A stretch of DNA of 57,994 nucleotides, the filler included, from Porpidia crustulata (taxonomy: Eukaryota): assembly GCA_964255105.1 (NCBI GenBank). It is 4 parts of 4 records of this genome, joined end to end, with 100 filler letters (N's around TTAATTAATTAA, not from the genome) between each part and the next. Parts side by side here need not be neighbours in the genome. Positions count along the whole stretch, not along the records: positions 1 to 14,468 come from CAXUWE010000377.1; 3 more parts are not named here. One strand, 5' to 3'. The translations under genes were made by a program, and so were the position numbers. The notes under the pieces are model-generated. The model worked only from the letters and a program-made list of their open reading frames with translations. It ran no database searches and had not been told where the DNA came from. This document shows positions 1 through 10,716 of the stretch, piece by piece; position 1 is the stretch's first letter, and every line of letters starts with the position of its first letter.

Positions 1-1746
1 CTATACCCCCTGCCTCTGCCACTAGTATTCTGTCCATAATGAGGTGTTTGATTCGCAAGAGCGGGACTACCGCTACTCTGTTCAGGATTCCAGCTGACAG
101 TATTCCCTGGCACTTGGCCTGGAGGACCGCCTCCCATGTGTGGCAATATGGGCGAGCTAGAGCTGGAGAATCCCCTAGGTCTTGTTACTGGCGGTGGTGG
201 CGGTGGAACGAACGAAGAAAAGTTAGGATATGAGTTCCCCGGCGGCAATGGACCTCCGCTTTGGGGTAGCGGTGGTGGAGGTGGCGGCCAAGGGCCTTTA
301 TAATTTGGTGGGGGAGGCGGAATTGGAAGTCCACTAGGACCCATTGAGAAACCCCGTGCCAGATTAAGAGGGAAAGGGACAGGTAAGTGCTGAGTCAGCG
401 CTTGCATATCTGATGGTATTGAGGAATTCAAGCCGGCCGTCGGTAGTGGCTGATATCCTTGAGAAGATAATAGAACCGGTGGAGGGGAGTATGAATTGGA
501 TCGTTGTCGAGGATGCGACCTGGAACGCGACCGTGGTGACCTTGACATACTACGAGAACTGGCATAGGGTCTCCTGCTGTCTTCAGAGGAGCTATATCTT
601 CTTCGCTTCCGGGGGCTGGCAATCCTGTCCACACTGTCACTCCTTCTCGATGATTCTTCTATAATTCTTGTGCCATCGCGTCTCCTTTTCATCTTTTCAC
701 AGAAGGCTTTAGACCACCCGTAATATCCTTCGTCTCGATATACTTCGCCGGTCTCATTCCGCGTTATAGGTTGTCCCAACTCGTCGATATCAATCTCATC
801 ACCCTCTTCTTCATTGTCAATCAAAGTTCCAAGAGATTCAACATCCGTCATAAATTTCTTGATCGCCCTCATCAAACTTTCGTCCGCAGGTTTAGCAACA
901 AACTGTAGAGGTTTTATCTGCTTGGGATCGATAGGCACCGTCGAATTTGGGATGATGTGAGGTAGGAGATTGCCAGCTGGAAGATCGAAATACGGTGTCG
1001 AGGGATCCCCATGACTTGCTGGCATAATATAAGGCAGATCTTTTCTGGCCGCAGAAGACTGGCGAGTTTCATCTTCCCGTACACCAGACCTGAGCTTTGA
1101 ATCCCCTGGATCATTTTCACTGGCCGGCCTTGCAATGATAGCCCTTAAATCGTGAATATACGGTGCTTGGTAGTATCTTTTCTGCTCCCATAGTTGGAGA
1201 AGGTCATGGATCTTTTTATGGTGGTTTGGATATCTCAATGGTCCATAGCTATTTGCCGCTTCACAAACGTCAACAAGGGTAGGTTTTAGGTCATTGCTGA
1301 AAGTCGAAAACTTTGAAGAGAATTCGAGGTGATTCTTGGTGTGATGAATAAGGTCATTCAAGAGATATAGGATGTGCAATTGTCTTCTTTGAGGCGATGG
1401 TGTCTGATTCTTAACTTTTGTTTCAATCCCGCTCAAAGGCATTCCAGGAGAATCTGCAAGCGCCACTAGGTACTTTCCTGTCGCCGTGACCCTCGATGTT
1501 GACATTATGGCGTATTTCAAGAGCCAGTCCTTACATAGCTGTTTTCGAGACTGCATTTAGCCCTCTCATCACCCAGTTTAGATTCAGCCTTCAAACCTCG
1601 ATATTCGCTGCTGAGCATTGTTTTAATAAAGCTTCCAGTATAGTATGGAAACGGGCAATATCCATCCGTGGGACTGGGGTTGGATCAGGTCTCATCATGC
1701 TCGCCGAGAATGAAGCTTTTGCAATTGCGAGAGTATGTGAAGCCAT
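1..1746 (-). CDS. CID (CTD-interacting domain) protein, CHERP-like; 3' end runs off the window
   Basis: ATG at 1746; exon 1 1746-1597 (MASHTLAIAK...CSAANIE); GT-AG intron 1596-1539; exon 2 reads from 1538 to the window edge: LCKDWLLKY...RRQLHILYLLNDLIHH (CID helix), HGDPSTPYFDLPAGNLLPHI, EGYYGWSKAFCEKMK, then an RS-rich and Pro/Gly-rich tail. Not listed whole in the ORF track because it runs off the edge. Confidence 0.8.
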
Positions 1747-2592
1747 TGCTTTGACACGCGATAGAGAGGCCCGGTTCACAGCAGTCTCGTTAGCAGATAT
1801 CCTACGGCGCAATCTCTATGCGCGGTCCGTGAAAAATAAGAGATGGAACGTTAAAATATGTATAGTTTTGCCAAATACTGCTATCAAAAGATCGGCGAGC
1901 TTTACAATACCACGTAATCATGATGTATCCGAGGTATAAATGACCCGACGTGCTGACTAAAGTGGGTAGGTACCCGCGGTAGCTATCTTAGATTATTGTT
2001 ATCATGATTAAACGTATGAACTACTCTCGCAATAAAATTCGCTCTCACTATGTCAACTGTCAAGAAACGATGAAGAAAAACCTAATTACAACGTCTTCCC
2101 ATCAGCACCGTTAAGAATTCGTCAGAATTCGTTCTGAAGTGACTGAGACTCAAACTTTAACAACAGTCGTGCATGATGGTATTTGAGCCGCTAGAATGCA
2201 CTCTTCAACGATTTGACGACGCCTGAAATGTGACTACTTTTATTCCAGTACAGAGCGATAAATCGGCTCCTAGCCTCGGTATGTGTTTCAAAGAGCCAGC
2301 ACGAAGATGCAATTGGTGCAGCATTGTGCAAGCAGGATTCGAGACGAAATCAATAGTAGGATGCACAGTAGCCCAATGTACAATGTTCGCGAAGCCTCAT
2401 CAAGTCATAGTGATACAAGCTTAGGCATGGGGTTTTCCTAAAATGGAACGGTGTTCGTGAGTCTTCGGGTAATTCCACATATCCCTACATTTGAAATAAG
2501 ACAAGTGGGGCCATATACCATTTGAATTCGCCGCGGATCTTCCATGTCGAGTGGTAGCCTTCCGACTACTTTTGTCTTGAACACATTTCCTC

Positions 2593-3087
2593 TCAGCTAA
2601 ATCTATCCCCTTTACGTGCCCGATACGGTTCGCTCGCCTCGTATTTCGATTTTTCCCGAGATTTCGAAGTCTCAAGTCCTGACGTATACTGCGTGGGAGC
2701 GGGATCGTGGCTGGCTTCCATACTTGGACTAATTTTTTGAGGGACAGACGCCCGATGCCTCTCCTTCGAGGTTGAAGACTTTGAGCTGAGCTCAAGCGAT
2801 TCCGTAAGCCTTCGGCGCTTTAAATCAGCTTCATGACGCGATTTTTTGTCGGCATTGATTGAACGCTTTGCGAAATAATATGCGCCCCCGCCAGCTAGAT
2901 TGAATCATATTAGCAAGATATAAGTGTTGAAGAGCATACAATCATACCAACTATTAGAGTTCCCCATCCAATCCTATAAGTACTTCAGTGAGATTCCCTA
3001 GCTTAAAGGATAAACGTACCAGGTCGACCGAATCTGTTCCTGTCAGTTGAGATGGCCCCAAAGAGATGGACGGCTTACGGTGTTCAT
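2593..3087 (-). CDS. small single-TM protein, DUF4748-like (116 aa, 4 exons)
   Basis: Exons 3087-3079, 3033-3020, 2973-2948, 2894-2593 joined by three GT-AG introns give MNTIRSTWIGWGTLIVAGGGAYYFAKRSINADKKSRHEADLKRRR...EASHDPAP...KSKYEASEPYRARKGDRFS*. The GWG..IVAGGGAYYFAKRSINAD motif matches my recollection of DUF4748. Confidence 0.85.
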
Positions 3088-3375
3088 TGTTGTTGATAGC
3101 AATATACCTATGTAGAAGGATATTGGACGCGGGTAATTGTATATTACGCGGAAAGTGAGGCTGATAAAAAACTTATTGGTGCCGTCATTTACTGCTGACT
3201 CATTCCGCGAATCCTGGGCGACTCATACCCGGCTTATAAGTTACTCAACCACTGTCAATGAAAGGATACACTGCCTCAGTGTCTGTCTCTTCACTTTCTA
3301 TGGCCAGTAGGGGAGTTGAATCTGGCATAACAATGAGTTGGAGACAGAACAGCTGTCAACTGGCTGTTCCTCTTC

Positions 3376-5968
3376 ATGGCATCCAAGCGTAAAGCGACCA
3401 CGAGTGTTCGAGGTGCAAAGCCATCCAAAAGACCTGCGTCAGGCGCAGTAACACCTCAGAGTATCAGCAGTAGTGATGAATATTCAGAAGAAGGTGAAGA
3501 GCCGAGCGAGAATGAAGCAGAAAACCTCAAGAAGGCAAAGGCGAGATTCTCTACAGACTCACTCAAGAATCGAAACAACAATCAGAGCAAAGTCTCAGAG
3601 CGTGACATCAAGCCCGACGGCATTAAAGATATCTCTTATCTGACGCTCAAGTCAGATCACGAGAATCGTCCGCTTTGGGTGGATGCCAAAAATGGCCGAA
3701 TCACCCTGGAGAGTTTCTCTCCACTTGCCGCCCAAGCACAAGATTTTCTGACCACAATTGCTGAGCCATTATCTCGTCCAACTTTTCTACATGAGTATGC
3801 CTTGACCGTACACAGCTTGTACGCAGCCGTGTCGGTCGGGCTCCTACCCCAGGACATCATCAGCTTCCTTGACCGGCTGTCGAAAACCCCTCTTCCTGTG
3901 GAAGTCAGAGACTTCATTCTTGGTTGTACCAGTGCTTTTGGCAAAGTCAAACTGGTACTAAAGCACAACCGTTACTTCCTGGAAACACCTGACAGCAAAG
4001 TACTACAGAAACTTGTGCAAGACGAGCAGATCAAAGACTTGAGAATAGAAGGTAATGGAGACATTATCACTGAGAAAGCTCCAAAACCAAAAGGCATTGT
4101 AATTCCTGGAACTCGTGATGCTGCTGGTGTCAAGCAGCAGCCAGATATTCAAGGTCAAGATCGACCCGTTACATATGATGATCGGGACGAGTCCGCAAAA
4201 GAGGACGATATCTTTCTGACTTTACGAGAAGATGACGATGATGATGATGATGATGATGATGATGACGATAACGAGAATCAAATCCATTCTATAGAAATTC
4301 CTGAGCAATATGTCGATCCTCTCAAGAAACGTTGCCTTGACTTGGGATATCCTGTACTCGAAGAGTACGATTTCCATAATGACCAGGTGAATGCAAACTT
4401 GGACATTGATTTACGGGCGAATACCACCATAAGAAGCTATCAAGAGAAGAGTTTGAGTAAGATGTTCAGTAATGGCCGTGCGAGAAGCGGCATCATTGTT
4501 CTACCATGCGGCGCGGGAAAGACGCTGGTGGGTATCACTGCTGCATGCACAATAAAGAAAGGTATTGTCATACTATGCACAAGTTCTATGTCCGTGGTTC
4601 AGTGGCGCAATGAGTTCCTGAAGTGGTCCAATATTGACCCTGACGACATCGCGATCTTTACTTCCGACCACAAACAGAAGTTTTCAGGCAATACAGGCGT
4701 TATTGTGTCCACATACTCAATGGTTACGCAGACCCGGTCGAGATCTCATGATGCAGAGAAAATGATGAACTTCATGCGAGAAAGAGAATGGGGGCTCATG
4801 ATATTAGATGAGGTGCATGTGGTACCAGCATCCATATTTCGCAAGGTCACGCATACTATAGCTACCCACTCAAAGCTTGGTCTCACCGCTACTCTACTTC
4901 GGGAGGACGACAAGATCACGGACCTCAACTTCTTGATAGGGCCCAAACTCTACGAGGCGAATTGGATGGAGTTGGCAGACCAAGGCCACATTGCCAAAGT
5001 GCAATGTGCCGAGGTTTGGTGTCCTATGACCACCGAGTTTTACCAGGAATATCTTCGCGAATCGTCTCGTAAACGTGCTCTTCTCTACATCATGAATCCT
5101 AGAAAGTTTCAGGCCTGTCAGTTCCTGATCGACTACCATGAAAAACGTGGGGATAAGGTTATAGTGTTTTCCGATAATGTCTACGCCTTGGAGAGGTACG
5201 CATTGAAGCTCAAGAAATTTTTCATATACGGGGGCACCCCCCAAAATGAACGTTTACGGGTTCTGGAAAACTTTCAGCATAGTGAACAAGTGAACACCAT
5301 ATTCCTGTCTAAAATTGGAGACACATCGCTTGACCTCCCCGAAGCTACATGTCTGATCCAGATCTCATCGCATTACGGATCTCGTCGCCAGGAAGCCCAG
5401 CGCCTAGGTCGCATACTCCGAGCAAAGCGAAGGAACGACGAAGGCTTTAATGCGTTTTTCTACTCCTTAGTGTCCAAAGACACGCAAGAAATGTACTATT
5501 CTTCGAAGCGGCAAGCTTTTCTTGTTGATCAAGGGTACGCCTTCAAGGTTATCACGCATTTACAAGGGATCGAGGATCTCCCGGGTCTCGCCTATGCCTC
5601 CCCAGCCGAGAGGAGAGAACTCCTTCAAGAGGTCATGTTGCAGAATGAGACTTCAGCTGACGTCGAAAAGATTGACGATGATCTATTTGGAGCCCGTTCG
5701 AGTGGGTCAAGAAGTAAGACTGGCGGTATTACCAAGAAAGGGGCCAAGAGAACAGCAGGCATGCTCAGCGACTTGAGCGGAGGACAGGACATGGTAGGAT
5801 ATCTTGCTTTGTTGTATATGAGTGCTACATACTGAATGAGTGATACTTTAGGCCTACATTGAGTATAATAAGAACAGGAATAAGGAACTGAAAGGCAAAC
5901 ACAATCCCTTATTCAAAAAGATGGCTCGCGAGCAACAGAAGCGAAAAGCACAGCGTTCGGAGTTGTAG
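3376..5968 (+). CDS. SSL2: TFIIH XPB DNA helicase/translocase (Ssl2/Rad25/ERCC3)
   Basis: Motifs LPCGAGKT (Walker A), [29 protein letters not shown]. One intron 5794-5851; last exon [27 protein letters not shown]..., TAG at 5966-5968. Confidence 0.97.
4231..4269 (+). repeat. (GAY)13 trinucleotide run encoding poly-Asp in SSL2
   Basis: gatgacgatgatgat...gacgat read directly; in-frame D13. Confidence 0.9.
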
Positions 5969-6615
5969 GCACAGAGGAGTGCCATCAGGTATACCGTAAT
6001 GTTTATTGGCACAGCGATCCGCGTCTCCGACTGGAGAATGCTCAGCTTTAAGGGCACCATGGGGAGCACAACATCATAACTAACGACATGGGATCGGCAT
6101 ATCTCAAATTTGGATGGATCTACAAGCTTAAGATCGTTGTTGATGAGGGCCGATGATTGGTGGGCAGGGTAAAACATTTGACAGGAGCATCAGGCGTAAG
6201 GCGAAATTATTGAGAAGGTTGTTCAATCTGATCATTATTGGGTCAATTCTTTTTGCACGGACTTTGCATATGACCTTGCACGGCCATTGACATCGATATT
6301 GGTTGAGGCGTATGGGCAAGGTACCTATGTGACCAAGCATGAGGCTTGAAATGCGTGTGGAAAACGCCGAGGGATGGACGCGACACTCTTCGTACAGGCT
6401 ACAGCACGTAAAATTTACATTAAGCATTACACAGATCCCAAAGCCTCTCATTAACCTCTCTTCACAACCATAGGAGAGGTGTCGGAACTTTACCAACGAG
6501 AGCATAGGAAATCCGCGATTCTGTCCTTCGCGAATAAGCCCCGCAATGTCCTACGTGTGACAAATCCCTTCAACCCTTTAGACTTCAGATTAGTACCCTT
6601 GATCGACTCTTTGCC

Positions 6616-8343
6616 ATGGCAACCTCTTCCAAAATTCAGCTCTCAGTATCTGATTGTGGCGTTTTTCATACACCTGAGATCACCAACGTGTCTGCTGCCA
6701 AGGCATCAAAACTACTTCAGGAAAACCACGACCATCATCACGTATTTTTCAACCAAGAGGGGTTTCATAGTACGTATACTAGGATTAACTATTTATATGA
6801 AGTTCTTCTGTCATTCTTGAAACCAAGAGAGTGTTTGTTTTTTTTATATCGGAAGACTCTGCATCTCGATCCCGCTTTGATACTGTAACCTCCATAATTA
6901 ACTGCGAGTAGATCATATCGCCCATCATATCTTGACTCTGTTCGCCTTGGGCGCAACTCCGGATGAAATACAACGGCACTATGACCATGACAAATCGTAC
7001 CAGAGGCCCACTCAGCCTACTCACCATAACCTTGTGGAAAACCTCCATGACTACCACGAGTTTCATAGATTCTTAGGAAACGAGAGGTATTACCATGACT
7101 ATCTTGTCTTCTTCCAAAACGAAATCGAAAAGAAGGGTCATGAAGAAGTCATCAATGAGTATGTATTGAAGGGTGGTGAGCAAGCTAACGATATGCTGGT
7201 GCGCTTACACGCTGGTAAGCCTCCAAGTCCTCAAAGTTGATTGATTTGCAAATTCAGTCAACCTCCGTTCCTTGCTAATTTTCGCTAACCGGTTGCAAAG
7301 GCTTCCTACACCCAATTATTCACCTTGGCTTCGGTGTCGAGTTCAAACAGCCAGCGATCATCGCCGAGGCACTTGCACAGGCTGCGGTTCATGACGCTTG
7401 GATTGGTCCCCTCCTGCTTGCGGCCGAAAAGTCGGCCACATCTAAACACTCAAAAAGCATGGTAAACATTCTCGACGAAATTCGTGCAGACAAGAAGCTC
7501 AGCACAGCCGCTCACTGGAATGACGGAAACAAGGTTCGGGATGGTCTTATCGTCCGCGCTCCTGACGAGATGGTCAAGTATGCAAGCCTTTGGACGGTGA
7601 ACATCGACGAGCTGGTCGCCAAAACAGCCGAAATGACTAATGCCGCAGGTAATACAATCTATGTTCCCTAGTGCTGCGCACACTTTCCTATTGATCTGTA
7701 AGCTGGGCTGTAGAGAAGCTAAAATGCCACAGTGTACTTTACTGGCGGTGCGCAGCATCCTCCAAAACAGATCAAATTCGATTTCTATTACATGCATGCC
7801 GTCAATTGCTCGATTTTTTCCAGTGCTTTCCTTCAGCAGTCATGGTTAAGTGATGCCAGTAAAGTCAGACTTTTGGAATGGAAGGGCCGCATTGACTTGA
7901 CTTTGTATGCATCACGAAGGTCACCAGAACCACTCATGAACGAGATCACACATTACCAGGCCAAAAGCGCTGGTTCCTGGGATGGTATCTTCGAGCGAGT
8001 CCGTGATCACAAAGATGATGGCCACGCCGCTAAATTGATTCGAGCCTTGGCGCATGGCGAGATTATTTGTAAATCCTTTGAGAACGATCAAAGATTTAGA
8101 ATAAGAGGCCAAATGTGGCTTCAACTTGGGCACATGGGTGAATTTTCCTTATCCTGGTCAACATTTCCGTGCTAATTTGATCTTTGAGCCATTGACTCGG
8201 TTGAAGATACTGGAAATACTTGGGTTCGCTCAACAGGATTTGATGAAGCTTGGGTCAAGTGAGTACGAGTCCTGCATGCTTCAATTCGAGTGCTAAGCCA
8301 GGTGTGACAAAGTTTTGAGGACCGGCCAAGACCACAAATTTAG
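6616..8343 (+). CDS. AflY/HypA (questin-oxidase family, DUF4243-like) oxidoreductase, multi-exon
   Basis: LQENHDHHHVFFNQEGFH|NHIAHHILTLFALGA, GFLHPIIHLGFGVEF, FDFYYMHAVNCSIF, DDGHAAKLIRAL, WVRSTGFDEAW; about five GT-AG introns; TAG at 8341-8343. Confidence 0.88.
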
Positions 8344-8832
8344 AGACGACACCGCTATCTCAGTTGATTGCATGACGCTGATCTTACATTCAATAAATAA
8401 CTCTTATTTACGGCGGACCTCCTTCGATTTTGGACATTTGTGCATGTAAATGGCAGTGCTCAAAATTTACCTTCGTTTGCGACTTACAGGTTAAATGTAA
8501 GAATGTCATACTTTTTGAACAAGAAGGATCGAACCCCAAAATTTTCAGTCTTTTCAACGATGTATTATCTGCTGTGTAACGAATGCTCTATGTAAAGTAT
8601 CTAATTGGTGGTAATGAATGTAGTATACCGTACGTTGGTGACCAAGCGCTAAACAACCGAGCTCTCTTCCACGCCACGTGCGCGTCTCATAAAGTATTGT
8701 ATGTGCCCCGCCTCACACGTGCCACCACTTCCGTCTCCAAAGTATCTACCTTTCATAAAGATCAATCCCTATGATCAGGAACAGTCCAAACGGCATATCA
8801 ACAACCATCTACATATTCATCTCGGCAGCAAT

Positions 8833-10170
8833 ATGGCGTCATCCAGGGGGCAGAATGATCCTCAATCGCAGCGAAACGAGGAACTAAACCCTTTCGTCGC
8901 CTTTCGGCGGTTTGCCGACGAGCAGATAGCATCCCTTTGGCATAACGTTCTAGGCCTTCCAATTCCATCTCAGTCGTCCGCGGCATTGAGATCTAGATGT
9001 TATAATGACGACTCAGAAAAGGAGTCTGCAGAGATCCAAGCGCGGGGAGAACATGACCCTCAATGGGCTAAGGAAGCAAACCGCCGTCTCGAAGATACAT
9101 TAGTAAAGGTATGGAACAAAAGGGCCGAATCTCCACTTGATTTTATCGATGAGAGCAGTGGGGATTTTCATCAAAGTACTGAAACTGGGATCACGAACGG
9201 CCCGTCGGAACTGGAGCAATTGAGAGATTTCATCGGATCTGCCCGTCGGATGTTCACGCGCCTACAAGAATCTCAAGCCTCGAGCGGAGTAGAGGATACT
9301 AGAAGTACCCTAAATGGATTTGGGGATGGGGATTTGAAATGTCCCTATAGACCCGCCGATCAAACCTCCCCTGAAGGAAGCCCAGTGTCCGGATACTTCT
9401 CGGAGTCTCCTGCGAACGACACTGACTCATCTCCTACTTGCATTGGCCCTTTCGCCCTCCAGAATCTTATGCGCAGGCACCCGTTTGCCTATCTCCTCTG
9501 GAGTTCTTATTCTCCTCTCCACCTTGAGCAGGAACCAACCTTACGGGGTTCTCATGTGGAGTGGCGTCGGGCATTCGAGGATCTAACGGGCACACAGATT
9601 GGGGGAGAGTGGTCAGATCTTGACGATTTTGAGCGGGATCCATTTGGGAATCGCCTGAACGCCACGAAACCCCTGCAGCTGCATGACAGCTTTCCAGGTC
9701 CTCTCGTGCCAAGTCTCTGGGACATCATAGCTGCAGCAGTTGCTAATAATGAGGCCGGGTCAGAACAATGCTCGGAATTGGACCTTTACGAAAATTTTCT
9801 TGGATTTCAATACCCACAGGCGACTTCATCTCGGCCTAGCTTCTCATCGATGAACAACGCAAATTTTGCTCCACCAAGTACGGCTGTGGCCTCAGCATCA
9901 GTAGATCCCCCAACCGTCACCTCCACGCTCACCACCACTGAGCGTAGCACCTTGGCCGACGGAAGTATCCATACCAAAGTCGTACTGAAGAAGCGGTTCG
10001 CCGACGGAAGGGAAGAGAGCACGGAGACGGTACATACGACTTACGGATCGCAGGCGGAAGGGCATGACTCTGCCAAGCCGTCTGTGGCGGGAGAAGCTCA
10101 AGATCTTCCCTCACAAAAAAGCGAAAGTATTGCAGAGCAGGCGAGGAAAAAGGGTTGGTTCTGGTCATGA
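8833..10170 (+). CDS. uncharacterised fungal protein ending KKGWFWS
   Basis: Single long ORF (8701-10170; likelier start MASSRGQ at 8833) with NPFVAFRRFADEQIASL, YSPLHLE, WRRAFEDL and TTTERSTLADGSIHTKVVLKKRFADGREESTETVHT blocks. Confidence 0.75.
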   Translation: MASSRGQNDPQSQRNEELNPFVAFRRFADEQIASLWHNVLGLPIPSQSSAALRSRCYNDDSEKESAEIQARGEHDPQWAKEANRRLEDTLVKVWNKRAESPLDFIDESSGDFHQSTETGITNGPSELEQLRDFIGSARRMFTRLQESQASSGVEDTRSTLNGFGDGDLKCPYRPADQTSPEGSPVSGYFSESPANDTDSSPTCIGPFALQNLMRRHPFAYLLWSSYSPLHLEQEPTLRGSHVEWRRAFEDLTGTQIGGEWSDLDDFERDPFGNRLNATKPLQLHDSFPGPLVPSLWDIIAAAVANNEAGSEQCSELDLYENFLGFQYPQATSSRPSFSSMNNANFAPPSTAVASASVDPPTVTSTLTTTERSTLADGSIHTKVVLKKRFADGREESTETVHTTYGSQAEGHDSAKPSVAGEAQDLPSQKSESIAEQARKKGWFWS

Positions 10171-10716
10171 TAGTGTGCCGGGGTTCGAATAGGCGTTTAC
10201 TAAGAAATTGACATTGGTCTCGGTACAGGAAAGGCTCCTCTTGCGGGAACAAAGGAACCTTGCATTCAAGGGGCTCGTGGCGTTGGGCTTAGCAGGCAGC
10301 GAGTAAGCTCACTGTGGCGTTGACAAAGGGGCCTTGTAAATTTTGGGTCATTATGCGTTGTACAGACCGCCACTCAATGTCAAGATACCCCTCTCATTAA
10401 TCCTATTCAAAAGAATTTTCAACAACCTTTTAGCCGCCGTCGGGGCCGTTGTGGCACAAGATTTGCAATGCGCTGGAACAGCCGACGGCCACACACAGAC
10501 TTGCTCGTGGACGGGTGCCAATTTGCTGCCGTGGATGTATACACCAGCTCGGGAATGTCCGCCCTAGAAGAGCCATTGTTCTATTTACCTGACCTTCTAC
10601 CGGACAAGCTCCATCGCTCGCCTCTTTGAAATATAGAAAAGTCCACAAAGGCCGACATAGGGTGTACGAAACGTTGCACAACCCAAACGTCCGGCCGTAT
10701 AACCATCCCGTAGTCC

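Noticed and set aside
2421..2795. 124-aa ORF in the track
   Set aside because: Wrong frame; it overlaps the last exon of the spliced DUF4748-like gene.
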